This document shows positions 23,001 to 34,069 of a stretch of DNA of 64,000 bases, piece by piece. Below the pieces are notes generated by a model. That model had not been told where the DNA came from. It was given only the letters and a program-made list of their open reading frames with translations, and ran no database searches. Each line of letters starts with the position of its first letter. Position 1 is the stretch's first letter. The stretch spans positions 246,486 to 310,485 of the forward strand of contig JAANOX010000279.1 of NCBI GenBank assembly GCA_020184695.1, written 5' to 3'. Source of the stretch: Histomonas meleagridis 2922-C6/04-290x (lineage: Eukaryota > Protista > Parabasalia). The position numbers were made by a program, and so were the translations under genes.

Positions 23001-24766
23001 CTTTCATCATCTTCATTCATAGAATTGTTATCACTATTTTCTTCTTTTTTCTTCGGAATTCGTTTTTTCGTTTCTTCGATTAAAGTTTCGAAGTCAACAA
23101 TTTCTGATTCGAAGAATTCGGACAAATTCTTTTGAATTGTTTTCTTACCAGAAACTTTTCCACCGATTAAAAGAATCTTATGATGATAAGAATGATAAAA
23201 TTCCAAAAGATATTTTTGTGGATTTCCAGCAAATCTTTCTAAATATTCATTATTCGCAAACAAAAATGTATAACCATTAAATTTAAGAGTGAATTCTTCA
23301 TTTCCATCAATAGTTTTCTTATCATCGATTAATGAAACTAAACATTTTTCACCAATTATCGAATATTTAACTTCATCATCATTATCATTTATATCTTCTT
23401 CTTCATTATCACTTTTGTTTTTCATTGGATAAATACATGGAATAATAATCGATGCTTTATCACATACTATGTTTGACATCTCTTTTAAAGGTTGTGTTGC
23501 ATCAATAATAATTTTCTTTGTAATGTTTTGGAAATTAAATTCTTTTTTCTCATTTTCATGATATTCAAACTTTTTAATAATTTGTGACTCTGATTCTTCT
23601 GGTAGAGTTATTAATCGTTTCTTAGTTTCTTCATCATCTGGATCTATTTCATTAGTTTCATCGAATCGTTCTTCTGTAGTTTCATAATTAGGAGGAGTAT
23701 ATAATTGTAATATTTCTTCTTCATCTTCTTCATCATATTCATCATCCGATTGTAATAAATCTTCTTCTTCTTCGACATAATCTTCTTTTTCTTTCCCTAT
23801 AAATTCTCGGCGTTTAACTCGTTGCGAAAATTCCATTGGAGAAATTGTTATTTTCGTTATAATTTTCTCTTCTTCAATATCAAATTTCCGTGTTTTGGAA
23901 ATTATGATTAAATCTTCTAAAGAAGCATTTAATTCAATACAAAAACATCGCTGCTCAAATTCATTATAGCTATTAAATAAGGTAGAAAAGTCAAAATTGG
24001 ATTTGTGAAATGATGATGGAATAATCCATCCACGATAATTTGCAATTGGGTCCTTTGCACATTGAATTATTATCGATTTGGTTTCCTCATATGTTAAATA
24101 ACCACCTTTAAGAAGTTTTTGATGAATATCGTTAATTATTGATGGTCGAAATTGCCATTGAATTAACGTGGGAATATCTAATAATAAACACCCTGTGTCT
24201 TCAGATAAAATTCTTTCGAATAATTTGGTCCTTTGAGAAGTGATTCCAGATATAATAAAACATGGATGAATGTTCGATATAGATTGAATAAAGGCTGACC
24301 AATGTGTAAGTGGAAGTTTATATTGGTCTGAACTTATTTTGATGGGAATGCTTGGATCACAAATTGGATTTAAGAAATTTAAGATTTTAAATAAAGAATC
24401 AATTATGGGTTGAACCTTTTGTGATTGAATTGTTAATGAAACATATCGAAGTATACACGAAAAAAATTCTTCAAAGGAAATACCTTCTTTAAGATGTAAA
24501 ATTGTATCAGCACCAACGTTTTGTAAAATAATTTTTTCAGGCGCTTTAGGAATTAAAAAATGTATTATTTTTTGCATTAATTCTTTGTAAGAATCAACTG
24601 TTGCATTTGATGAATTTGGCATTAAGTCTAAAAATTTAAAAATGTTTCTTGCATATGCTCGAATATGAGTATGCTTAATATATTTTTGTGAATCAATTGG
24701 TTTATTGTTTAGCAAAAACTCATTGCTTTGTGCACATGCAATGAGTTGTTTGCGAAAATTCATCAA
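20036..24766 (-). CDS. AK9: Adenylate kinase 9-like multidomain nucleotide kinase
   Basis: Repeated P-loop-like segments (IGGKVSGKKT, IGTRGSSKTS, GWIIEGTPK, GYIIDGYP) alternate with YHS-like modules (GTYCPVTL, GRYCPICL, HFCPVSY, DGYDVVEL). Confidence 0.8.
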   Translation of the reverse strand: MMNFRKQLIACAQSNEFLLNNKPIDSQKYIKHTHIRAYARNIFKFLDLMPNSSNATVDSYKELMQKIIHFLIPKAPEKIILQNVGADTILHLKEGISFEEFFSCILRYVSLTIQSQKVQPIIDSLFKILNFLNPICDPSIPIKISSDQYKLPLTHWSAFIQSISNIHPCFIISGITSQRTKLFERILSEDTGCLLLDIPTLIQWQFRPSIINDIHQKLLKGGYLTYEETKSIIIQCAKDPIANYRGWIIPSSFHKSNFDFSTLFNSYNEFEQRCFCIELNASLEDLIIISKTRKFDIEEEKIITKITISPMEFSQRVKRREFIGKEKEDYVEEEEDLLQSDDEYDEEDEEEILQLYTPPNYETTEERFDETNEIDPDDEETKKRLITLPEESESQIIKKFEYHENEKKEFNFQNITKKIIIDATQPLKEMSNIVCDKASIIIPCIYPMKNKSDNEEEDINDNDDEVKYSIIGEKCLVSLIDDKKTIDGNEEFTLKFNGYTFLFANNEYLERFAGNPQKYLLEFYHSYHHKILLIGGKVSGKKTIQKNLSEFFESEIVDFETLIEETKKRIPKKKEENSDNNSMNEDDESYSKDNINLISNDESIDNTSKGNFSEQTINSSKDNININENINNSSKDNININNKSKDDFNSNEESISNNFKSESDENIKIDTEITHEEEETIELQPIFTNGYISIVPTLDVEPLKVFKENELLSPDIIIILDIDLSKKETIIQRLPNITQAQVNEFIKEYETYNETLKDFIEDIKTLSIKTQVINGLLPIDEVFWNAAYSICPLLPRCNDEYDDEPTIGYLGTYCPVTLKDKNILQSGDLTLVYDGSQFSFSNEENQERFRNAPLAFIKQSIPNVPPPRILIIGTRGSSKTSIANEISRIYNVNVYEFPEIIINNNNNEEEEEEEEMNFDDITKKLFEPFLKQIINETNNQRNGWIIEGTPKSTVGAQMMIDYELKPDLVFELEQNEQWALMRNRKRLNNDEDILNEESEDQIIVHEFSSIISEESNKGEPIIIDTSRRFTSIMKMINRVCLNELTYRKSLFVSQSSIELNEDIETIFNMLKTGNVFMSQFGRYCPICLKKKGQLIMTDLSISCKFLSRIFFFETKKHQEIFMNDPLTYVFQTKPPNFPIVPKISILGNSELCLRLSKILNTELIRPRDVITRVVKQHTPLGMKIREILSKGKAIDSNIFRIALKSVLLRHDCQIKGYIIDGYPTNVNELNLMKNDDILPTDLIFAKDNEKLIEYAIENYHNVIQLMNESTIWLMTIHAINKLNDNIQQRWKSILAIDEKRPYCVSALNISPEEVSNNLSKFKHFCPVSYSADNIYVSSIKNDWENIVKYNGNYYHLISSEYKNDFLISPIPFIYNWSKNDIKFTNIKNIKNENVFELQIDGYDVVELSKGNFVKGLNGIFAEYESKLFLFSSEVNRNEFCYNVSRYLKVKLPENRPVEVPKSLMQVSSMPTVAYLEQSVGDVITECIVKMTLMRPKIPNMSLRKSLNEFVATYIKANVKDRGDLLHEKFERNLMKLIEKVELAEKLKKSLETPMEMRDEEEHERLCKLWNDIQHKK

Positions 24767-24846
24767 TTAGCGTAACGTGTTTTATAACGGTTGGATGAAA
24801 CAATAATTTTATTTAGATAAAATATTATTTTAAGGATTAAAGGAAA

Positions 24847-24926
24847 GTTCATCTGGCCGAGTGGTCCAAGGCGCTAGTTTAAGGCACTAGTCCGAGAGGG
24901 CGTGGGTTCGAACCCCACGGTGAACA
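24847..24926 (+). tRNA. tRNA-Leu (anticodon AAG)
   Basis: Acceptor gttcatc/ggtgaac, D arm tggccgagtggtccaagg, anticodon stem ctagt/actag with loop ttAAGgc, long variable arm, T arm gtgggttcgaacccca, followed by a T run. Confidence 0.95.
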
Positions 24927-25460
24927 TTTTTTTTAATTTATTTGTTCCCTTGCCATTCAATAATTATTGAACCCATTAATCTTAAGATTGGTGTGTTGTT
25001 GTTAATAAACTAAAACACAGCTCCGCACAAAATTGACCAATTTTTTTGTTTTTTAAGAATTGATTCGTCAATGCCCATTTTAGCTTTTTATGCTAACATT
25101 TGAAATTAAACGTTTTCTTGAAAAGTGCTTGAGCCCAACAGCTTTTTTAGGCTGTGGGAAACCAAACAAACCCATTTAATTAAGTAAACCGGTTTTAATT
25201 TCTTCGGGATTTTTGTGCCATATTTTGAGCTTAAGATCATGTTTTTTCTGGCATTAATTCAGCGCCTTAAAGAAATGAAAAATAGTTTGGAGTGCAAAGA
25301 CTTATAATTTTATCATTTACAAGAATTCTTGAACTTAAATAATTGAATCGATGACCGATTTGTAAAAGTCAGATTTGTGTGCGGCCTTTATCGTCGGGCA
25401 GCCCTAACTTTGATGGTCGCGTTCAACAATTAAAAAACCGTTTCCAGGTATTGGGCAAAG

Positions 25461-26501
25461 ATGATTGGAATTGCCATTCTTATGGGTATTTCATTCTGTA
25501 CAGCTACTTCCTTAATTCTTATAAACAAGGAAGTAATGAACAAGTATGGCTTCGAATGCCCAACTTTTTTAACATCATATCATTTTCTATTAGGTGCAAT
25601 ATTCCTTTATTGCTTAGGAAAGTGCGGATTTATAGCATTTGATCACACAGTTCCACACCTTGCAAGGTGGGTCACAGCTGCTTTTGGCACATTCTCAGTT
25701 GTTTTTTTAAATCTCAACTTGAAAGTTAATTCCATAGGATTTTATCAATTATCAAAACTTTGTAACATTCCGTGTATGGTTCTTTACAAATATATTTTTG
25801 AAAAACAGACAACACCAATTGAATCTCTAATTTCTCTGACACTTCTTCTTTCAGGTCTTTGTCTTTTTAGTGTCAATGATGTAGAATTTACAATTGTTGG
25901 TTTAATAATAGCTATTATTGCTGTTGTTTCGACAACCGTTTATCAATCTCGTGCCACGTCAATTCAACGAACATACAAAATTAATGGCACACAATACAAC
26001 CAAGTTATTGCCTTTCCCCAATTTGTTATTTGTTTTACTGCCGCTTTGCTCACAGAGACGTATGGCAAAAAATCAATATTCTTACATAAGTTCCAATTCA
26101 AAGAAATCCTTCTAATTCTATCCACAGGTATTTTTGCCTGCTATGGTAACCTTGTTGCGTTCATTGCGCTTGGTAAAATTGGGCCTGTCACATTCCAAGT
26201 AATTGGTCATACCAAAACAATTCTTGTTTTCATCTTTGGAATGATCCGATTCCCTCCTCCGCAAACAGAAACTTTAATGCAAAAGCAAAAGAAAATAATT
26301 GGGCTGGTGATATCTATGCTCGGAGCAATTTTGTATTCTGTGTTCGAAATAAGGATAAAACAAAAAGAAATGAGACAAAAGGAAAAAGATGTGGATAATG
26401 CTTCGGATCGGAATGATAATATGGAGGAAGAAGATGAAAAAAAAGGAATTGTATTCGAACAAGTACTATCTGAAGAGGAAGATAAAGTTGAAAAAATATG
26501 A
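25461..26501 (+). CDS. Nucleotide-sugar/triose-phosphate transporter family (SLC35E-like)
   Basis: Multi-TM protein with LINKEVM..YGF..P..LT, NSIGFYQLSKL and GPVTFQVIGHTKT. Confidence 0.9.
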   Translation: MIGIAILMGISFCTATSLILINKEVMNKYGFECPTFLTSYHFLLGAIFLYCLGKCGFIAFDHTVPHLARWVTAAFGTFSVVFLNLNLKVNSIGFYQLSKLCNIPCMVLYKYIFEKQTTPIESLISLTLLLSGLCLFSVNDVEFTIVGLIIAIIAVVSTTVYQSRATSIQRTYKINGTQYNQVIAFPQFVICFTAALLTETYGKKSIFLHKFQFKEILLILSTGIFACYGNLVAFIALGKIGPVTFQVIGHTKTILVFIFGMIRFPPPQTETLMQKQKKIIGLVISMLGAILYSVFEIRIKQKEMRQKEKDVDNASDRNDNMEEEDEKKGIVFEQVLSEEEDKVEKI

Positions 26502-27106
26502 TAAAAGTAAACTTTACGATAAATAGATATTAAAATTGTGTTAAAATGTGTGTGATAAATTGTGCATCGAAAATATTTTATGGTGTAATAAAATGTTTAC
26601 AAGTATTTGGTTTTTAAATGTGATGTAAAGTTTCAAAAAATTTGTACTTACAAAACATGTGGAAAAAATCGGCCGATTAAAAAAGCAGTTTGATTATTTT
26701 CTGGAGAAATATAATGCTTTCTATTTTTTCATTTTTTATTTTATTAAAAAAAAATAATATCATGTTGATTGCCAAGAAAAATTCTTAGATCGTCCTGACA
26801 AATTAAGGATAATTTAAGCAAACGAGAAAAGACACATTTTGAAAATTGGAAGGAATGCTTATTTCCAACCAAAAAATTGGATTCCTCTTTTGGGTGCATT
26901 TTCTTTATCTAGGGTTTAATCCCGATATACTGATTAATCAAATGGATAGTTAATCTGCATGCGTGAGCGTAGTTACTGAAACCTTACCAATTAACGTCAG
27001 GAGAATAAAAATGGATTTTTTTTCTTTTTGGAGTGTGTGTTAAAAATAATTGACTAACTTCATTTCGGTTTTTAAAGGTCAGATCACAAGAACGTTAAGC
27101 TAAAAA

Positions 27107-27496
27107 ATGGTGGAGAAATTTGAGGTGGTCAAGAAAAAACTTGATGCTTTTGATCGCTCAATTCTCGAATCATGGGAACTCACCGTTCTAACAAATACTT
27201 CTGTTACAATAGATTCTTATGTAGAAGGTATTCCAAATTTCCCTGCCGAAAAATCTGCTTTGATTCCACAACTAAATGATCTCACACTTGAGAGAATTGC
27301 TTTCGAACCAGATCCAGGTGAAGCTGTAGATTTCAATATTCCAATTGAAACTATGCAAAAGAAATTTAACTTTTCTGCTGAGCCTGTTGAACGTCCACGC
27401 CTTGTCAAAAAGAAAAAGAAGAAGACAAAGAAGAAGAGGAATCATTCAAGTACTCGTAGATCAGAGTCAATGGCAAATCTATCGTCACATAGATAA
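27107..27496 (+). CDS. Hypothetical protein, 129 aa, basic C-terminus
   Basis: ATG in good context, open frame, poly-Lys stretch. Confidence 0.6.
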   Translation: MVEKFEVVKKKLDAFDRSILESWELTVLTNTSVTIDSYVEGIPNFPAEKSALIPQLNDLTLERIAFEPDPGEAVDFNIPIETMQKKFNFSAEPVERPRLVKKKKKKTKKKRNHSSTRRSESMANLSSHR

Positions 27497-28016
27497 TGAA
27501 TATAATTTACATTCAAATACAAAAGCTTAATTGCTGATGTTATTTAGTTGCTTTTTTAACAGAATCATAATTCAAACATTCAATAGAGATTTTGCGAATT
27601 TATAAAATTAAATAAAAGTTTATTTAGAACTGTTTTTACGTATTTATGTATGTGAACTAAACACTTTCAACCGGTGGCAATTGTGCCATACGGCCATTTT
27701 CAAAATTACTTTACATATAGCAAAAATCATTTTTCACATCACAATTCATTCAAAAGTGCTACTCAATAATAAATCGACTAACTTTCGAAATGAAATATAA
27801 TTTTAATGCAACATATTTCAAATGTTTTTTCCCTAAATGCATCAAAGGATAAAAATGAATTGTATAATGACAATGCTTTTTTAAACTAAAATTATGAAAT
27901 TTCATTATGTTTCTAATTTTGTTTTTTACCTGTTTATTTTAAGAGAAATGAAAATAAATATAACAATCATAGTTAAAATCTTAATAATATTTACATATTT
28001 ATTTAAAAACATATTT

Positions 28017-31000
28017 TTATTGCACGATATTATAAGACAAAATTCTTCCTTCCTCAGTTCCGAAAGATATCATTGGTAAAATTGGGTGAAACGCGACAAC
28101 TGAATTCTGGTTCAATTCGTTCACCTTATACAACTCTTTACCATTTTTAGCCGATGCTATTATTGGTGCGTTCTCCGAATTAATCACAGCCAACAACGGG
28201 AATGTGAAATGAGTATCGAAGTAACGAATTTTATTTTTCAAATTATTATTTAACGTAAAAGAATTTAAGTAATTTTCCGACTTATTCCACATTATTATTC
28301 TTCCTGATTCAGTTACAATATATAACAAATCAGCTCCAGTTCTATTCCCTTTTATATACGCAATTTTCTCAGCAAAAGATATAGTTAAAACACGAGAATT
28401 CTCACAACGGATATCAAGTAAATCAACAATACCATTATCATAACCAACGACATATAACTCATTATTATTCGGGTAAGAAGCGATTGTTGAAATTTTATGG
28501 TTTTCTTCGAACTTATATTCGTTAATTAAACGTTGTGAAGGTAAATCCCATAAAGATATTGCACTATAATCTCTACCGGCGATGATTTTATTATTTAAAG
28601 ATGATACTGCTATATGTAATGGGGAATTATCATTTAAATAATTAATGTCACATCGCCATGTAACACTTAAGTTCTTATGTGATGGATTCCATAAATGACA
28701 ACATCCATCGTTTGTAGATATTATTGAAATGATTTCATTATGATAATTCATAATTTCTAATTCACTAGTTACCGAGTTTTTGTTAAGTTTATATTTAGTA
28801 TTAAATGTATTATCTTCATTAATGGAATAAATTTCATTGTTAGTTGCAATAATTGACATTAAATTATTTGGTTCATATTTAATGATTTTTATTGGCTCAT
28901 TAATAAAATTACTTTCAGCTTCTAATTGTAATTTAATTGTTGGAAATTCGATATTACCAAATGGTATATCATTATGTAATAACTTTTTGTTATTATTTTT
29001 ATTATTATATTCGGAAATATTCTTCTCTTCATTTAATGATTTTTGTTGATAATTTACAAATTGACGTATAGCAATATTAAATAATGCATCAGAATCACTT
29101 TCGAAATCGTCTTCGATTTTCTCATTAAAATCTTCTTCAAATGTTTCATTATCTAAAACCATTGATATAAATGGTGGTGATATTGAATGGTTTCGAATAT
29201 CATTTGTTTCTTCTTGTGTGAATTGTTTATATGCACGTGACGCTAAATCTTTAATCGAAGGATGTGGATCATATGAGAAATATAATATCAAAAACTTTGC
29301 AATACTTGTAATATAATTAAAAGAATCTTCTAAATGTGATATCGAATCAACAGCTTTAGCATATTCTTCAATAGTTTTCGGATTAGTTTTAAACCAAGTA
29401 TGAAACAATTCATTAAATGAATGTTCTTCTTTTAATATAAATATTGTCGATACATTTATAACACTTGAAAGAAATCGAATTAATAAAAGTAATAATTGAT
29501 ATCGAACTAAATAAGACATATCATTAAATGCGGAAATAGCAAATAATATCAGTTGGAAATTAGATAAACATTCAGTAGATTGCATAAAACATGATAATGC
29601 TGATGATACTGCTGCTCGAACTTCATATGCCTTATGAAAGATACAAATCGAAACTTGTATATGTGATGAAGTATTATAAAACAAAGAATAATCAGCTGAT
29701 AACACTGAGAATGAGCGCTTTAATAAGATTAACATCCATAATATTAAAATCGGATTCTTCGCTGTTTGTACTGCATCTTTTACTGCTGTAATGAATTCAG
29801 ATGATGCACATGTTAAACGAATTGTTTTTATTGCATTAACAATCGAAGCTAATATCGCTGCTAATGTCGCACGTGTAATTTCATTGATCTTATCATCAAA
29901 TATATACGATGGTAATATCGCTAAGTTTAAATCTTTATGAATTTCATATGAAAAATTTAAATCAAGTTGTAATAATGATAATATTAAATATGATAATGCT
30001 TGATATTCTTCGTCATTAGAATCATGCGCTATTAACTTAGAAAATAAATCATTAAACATTACAATTGAAGCAATTTTTTCCCGATTTTCTTGCAATTTAA
30101 TACAATATTCAACTAAATATATAAACGATTTATCACCACCTTCAATTCCTGATAATGGATAGTCTAATAAGATGGATAATAATGACTGATCTATGCGTGA
30201 CTTAGGTGTGGATAATAACGCGGACATTGTTGTCAATGAACGTGAAAAAAATTGTGATGCAAATGTTGGCCGTGGAACTATAGTTGACATAACCCATAAA
30301 TCTAAAGATAACTCCCATTCCATCCATAAGGGATGTGACGTCGTATTAGGGATATAAGGATGTGAAATTGGATATACTTCAAATGATGATAATAAATATT
30401 GCGCTAATATAAACCGCCGAAAAAAGTTAGAAGTAAGATTGTCTTGATGGAAAAATAATTGATATTTATCACTTGGAAAATAATCTGCTGCTATTCCACC
30501 TGTAATGGATGATAAAACTATGTCAAGTTGAACCTCATTAGATGACTCCCAAAGCTCATCTATCTTTGATAATGGAAAGTTTGGTGAAGAAAAAGATGTT
30601 TGGTAATATTTTAGAATATGACATAAAATTGAAATTGGTATAGGTGTAAAAAGACAAGTAGTTAAAAAATCTCGTGGGAGATAACGATTCTGTGGAAGTT
30701 GTTCTCCTGCCGATGTAGCACAAAAACAAAACCAATCATCTTGATAAGGATTCCGATAAACGGTTTTTTGACTTTCGGCGGTTTTCTGGAGAACGTTAAG
30801 ATATGCACCAGCATTATCACAATCAAAAATGAACCAAGAAGGTTGACAAAATGATTCAAATAATTTAGAAAGGGTATAGTGTGATGGATTATCGGTGTTG
30901 GAATTGAAAATTAATGAATCATCAGAATCTGTTGGAAATCCATAACCGACAAAATGAAAAAGAACACGTCCGAGAGTTACTTCACGACGAAGAGATTTAA

Positions 31001-31529
31001 GTGAGTTCATCTTTTCAACACTTGGAGAAATAAAAGGAAAAATCCGAATTTTTGGACTAAGTCGAAGATATTCATTTTTGTATGAACCTTGAAGAGCTAT
31101 TGGATATTCATTTGGATGATCGGATTGAAGGCCTCTCCATGAAAGAAATAGGGAGCTATTTTTCATATATTCCGATTGAATGTTAGGATAAAAAATTGCA
31201 TGTGCAAAAACTATAACAGCACATCGAACGACTTCGAGAGTTGGTTTTGGAGTTGGAATAAATTTTTTGTTCATTTGATCTAGATAATAATCTTCATCTG
31301 ATAAGTCGCATAACCCTGATAATTGACTATGTTCTGAAACACTTGAATCAATGTTATTAAGATGTTCCATCATTGAAAGATAATAAAAAGGAGAAGATGG
31401 AGCAAAGCCTATTGTATCATCTTCTTGAAGAGAATTTTCTATAGAATCATCACTAGACATACCATCAGAAAATGAAGAATTATCATCTGATGATATTATT
31501 TTGTTTACTAAATTAATTTTTCTCATCAA
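28017..31529 (-). CDS. RPTOR: Raptor/KOG1-like TORC1 subunit
   Basis: Raptor N-terminal caspase-like motifs (RVLFHFVGYGFP, FIFDCDNAG, ATSAGEQLP, DFLTTCLFTPI), then HEAT region and C-terminal WD40 repeats. Confidence 0.9.
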   Translation of the reverse strand: MMRKINLVNKIISSDDNSSFSDGMSSDDSIENSLQEDDTIGFAPSSPFYYLSMMEHLNNIDSSVSEHSQLSGLCDLSDEDYYLDQMNKKFIPTPKPTLEVVRCAVIVFAHAIFYPNIQSEYMKNSSLFLSWRGLQSDHPNEYPIALQGSYKNEYLRLSPKIRIFPFISPSVEKMNSLKSLRREVTLGRVLFHFVGYGFPTDSDDSLIFNSNTDNPSHYTLSKLFESFCQPSWFIFDCDNAGAYLNVLQKTAESQKTVYRNPYQDDWFCFCATSAGEQLPQNRYLPRDFLTTCLFTPIPISILCHILKYYQTSFSSPNFPLSKIDELWESSNEVQLDIVLSSITGGIAADYFPSDKYQLFFHQDNLTSNFFRRFILAQYLLSSFEVYPISHPYIPNTTSHPLWMEWELSLDLWVMSTIVPRPTFASQFFSRSLTTMSALLSTPKSRIDQSLLSILLDYPLSGIEGGDKSFIYLVEYCIKLQENREKIASIVMFNDLFSKLIAHDSNDEEYQALSYLILSLLQLDLNFSYEIHKDLNLAILPSYIFDDKINEITRATLAAILASIVNAIKTIRLTCASSEFITAVKDAVQTAKNPILILWMLILLKRSFSVLSADYSLFYNTSSHIQVSICIFHKAYEVRAAVSSALSCFMQSTECLSNFQLILFAISAFNDMSYLVRYQLLLLLIRFLSSVINVSTIFILKEEHSFNELFHTWFKTNPKTIEEYAKAVDSISHLEDSFNYITSIAKFLILYFSYDPHPSIKDLASRAYKQFTQEETNDIRNHSISPPFISMVLDNETFEEDFNEKIEDDFESDSDALFNIAIRQFVNYQQKSLNEEKNISEYNNKNNNKKLLHNDIPFGNIEFPTIKLQLEAESNFINEPIKIIKYEPNNLMSIIATNNEIYSINEDNTFNTKYKLNKNSVTSELEIMNYHNEIISIISTNDGCCHLWNPSHKNLSVTWRCDINYLNDNSPLHIAVSSLNNKIIAGRDYSAISLWDLPSQRLINEYKFEENHKISTIASYPNNNELYVVGYDNGIVDLLDIRCENSRVLTISFAEKIAYIKGNRTGADLLYIVTESGRIIMWNKSENYLNSFTLNNNLKNKIRYFDTHFTFPLLAVINSENAPIIASAKNGKELYKVNELNQNSVVAFHPILPMISFGTEEGRILSYNIVQ

Positions 31530-31676
31530 GGATGAAATTTTTTTTTAGAATCTACTTTTTTTTTAGATAGTATTAAATACTTTACGATATTCAAATTTAA
31601 GGCAGCCGTTAATAAATTTGTCCAAAGTAATTTTTAAGAAATTATTTTGACAATATTATTTTTTCACAATTAAAAA

Positions 31677-33434
31677 ATGGAAGAAGAAGAAGAAATTGAC
31701 CCAGAAACAATTTTAGAGTTATTTACACAAGGAATCAATTCAGATATAGTTCAAGAAAAAATATTTACAGCAGAAAACATGTGGTTAATTGCTGCTGCAC
31801 TTGGACCTGAAAATACTCGAAGTAAACTTCTTCCTTTTCTTTCACAAGGTCAAGTTAATTTTGATGCTGAAGTTCAATCTATTATTGCTCGACAACTTGG
31901 GATTTTTGTAAAGTACGTTGGTGGTTCACAATATGCACATGTTTTATTAACACCTCTTAAACAATATTTAGCCACAGAAGACACATTTGTACGTGAGAAA
32001 GCAATTCGTTCAGTTGTTTCTGTTTGTTCACAAATATCAACATCTTCAAGTGATACAATTGTCATGAATTTATTTAATGATTTATTTCTTCAACAAACCG
32101 ATAAATCAGCGACCCTTCGTATTTCTGCTTGTATTCTTTTACCAGATTTATATGATCTTGTTTCAGATCTTAACAAAGCAAAATTAAGAAGATATTTTAT
32201 TTCATGTACACGAAAAGAAGAAACGCCTATTTTAAGGCGTGCAGCTCTTCATTCTATTCCAGCTCTTCTGAATGTCATGAAACAAAACGTCGTCATGAAT
32301 GAAGTCGTTCGTCAAATCCTTGAGAAGAACGTTAACGATGACGATGAAAGCGTTCGAGTTATGATACCAGGATGTCTCCCTGCCGCTGCTGCTAAAGTTC
32401 TAAGTAATGACAGGCAAAACATCCTGGTACCGATAGCTCGAACTTTATCAAAAGATAGTAGTTGGTGGGTTCGAGCAAATATGGCCAAAGCATTATCTAT
32501 GCTTGTACCATATTTTGCAAGTGATTTAATCGGTAGTGATATTGGGTCAATCATCCTTTATTTGTTACGAGATTTAGATCCAGAAGTTAAAACAGCAGCA
32601 GTATTATGTTGTAAGCAAAGTATTGAATATCTCGCAAAAGTACCTCAATTTTTTAATGACTCAATTATACCAGAAATTACAGAATTATCAAATGATCGAT
32701 TTAAGCAAGTACGAGAAGAAGTTGCAAAAGATATATTAATATTCACAAAAATTACAGATGAAGAAATTGAAGTTGAACAACTATATCCTGTAATGGTATC
32801 GCTTTTAAGTGATAATGAACGAGATATAGTAATTGCATTATTACGAAGTCTTAAGACATATTTTACAGAAGTAGATTCTTATGCAGTTACACAAGCAATA
32901 TTTCCAAAACTGTTAGAAATATCGACAAAAGTTGATTTTAGAATAAAAATTGAGATAATACAAATGTTCTGTAGTTTTTTACAATATATTAATCAAGAAG
33001 CATTTACAGAACAAATAATTCCTGTGATACAGAATTGGATGGAAGATTCTGTTTTTATTGTTAGAGATGAAATTTGTAAAGTTTTGCCTGATATAATAAT
33101 TCGAAATCCTGAAGCTAAAGATTTTATAATTTCAACCTTAATGAAACTGAATTACTCACCAATTTACTCTGTTAGACAAAGTTCTCTTTCCGCTGTTTGG
33201 AATTTATGTAATGTTCTTTCGGCTGAAGATCTTTCAGAAAGAGTTTTGCCTTCAGTTATTTTAATGGCTTCGGACCAAGTCCCAAACGTTAGAATCTTAG
33301 CGGCAAAAACTTTGGTGAAATTGTTGAATTTTGCCGACGAAAAAGGCAAAATCCAGGTGAACGTTATTTTGAAGCTGTTGAAAAACGATAGCGATCCCGA
33401 CGTTAGATATTTTGCTGATCAAGCCAATGTTTAA
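31677..33434 (+). CDS. PP2A scaffold subunit A (HEAT repeats)
   Basis: IAAALGPENTRSKLLPFL, EDTFVREKA, DSSWWVR, DQVPNVR and DSDPDVRYFA. 585 aa. Confidence 0.92.
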   Translation: MEEEEEIDPETILELFTQGINSDIVQEKIFTAENMWLIAAALGPENTRSKLLPFLSQGQVNFDAEVQSIIARQLGIFVKYVGGSQYAHVLLTPLKQYLATEDTFVREKAIRSVVSVCSQISTSSSDTIVMNLFNDLFLQQTDKSATLRISACILLPDLYDLVSDLNKAKLRRYFISCTRKEETPILRRAALHSIPALLNVMKQNVVMNEVVRQILEKNVNDDDESVRVMIPGCLPAAAAKVLSNDRQNILVPIARTLSKDSSWWVRANMAKALSMLVPYFASDLIGSDIGSIILYLLRDLDPEVKTAAVLCCKQSIEYLAKVPQFFNDSIIPEITELSNDRFKQVREEVAKDILIFTKITDEEIEVEQLYPVMVSLLSDNERDIVIALLRSLKTYFTEVDSYAVTQAIFPKLLEISTKVDFRIKIEIIQMFCSFLQYINQEAFTEQIIPVIQNWMEDSVFIVRDEICKVLPDIIIRNPEAKDFIISTLMKLNYSPIYSVRQSSLSAVWNLCNVLSAEDLSERVLPSVILMASDQVPNVRILAAKTLVKLLNFADEKGKIQVNVILKLLKNDSDPDVRYFADQANV

Positions 33435-34069
33435 TGTTTTTTAAATATATATTTAAATGTTTGTATAAAATTCATTCTTGTCGCTTTTAAGATTTGAAGT
33501 AACAATATGTTTTAGATTTATTCTTTGGAACGCCTCTATTTTTAGTAAGCAAACTACTTTTACTGTTAGAAACAATTAAAACATGAATTTTGATATATAT
33601 ATATATATATATTATTCTTCAAAAATATCCAGCAGCAATTCACTTAATAATGTATTGTTATCTAATTTAGAATATGGATAAAAAAACAATTTTTTAATTA
33701 TAAGGGCAATATATTAATGTTTGCAAAGAAATTTTTTCTAAATTACCAAAATAATTATAAAGATTTTTCTTTTTGACACATATTTTTATCAAAAGTGATT
33801 GATAATTTCTTAGATATCAGTGATATCATGTTGCTCTAGAGTGTAAAGTTTTTATATGTTTATTATTCACAGCTGAGTTTTATTGCCAAATTAAGCTTTC
33901 TTATCCAAGCCTTAAGAAAGGTATTAATTGATAATTTTTGGGTAATATAGATATTGGGATACAATATTTATGATTAATAAATGTTTAAATCGTTTTGAGC
34001 ATTAAATTATTTTTTTTCACCTAAAATATTTAAAGAAGAGATATTTATTATAATACATTTTACATATTA

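Noticed and set aside
26880-27000. Possible box C/D snoRNA (two CTGA motifs in a GC-richer intergenic patch)
   Set aside because: No convincing C box, terminal stem or antisense element could be identified by eye.
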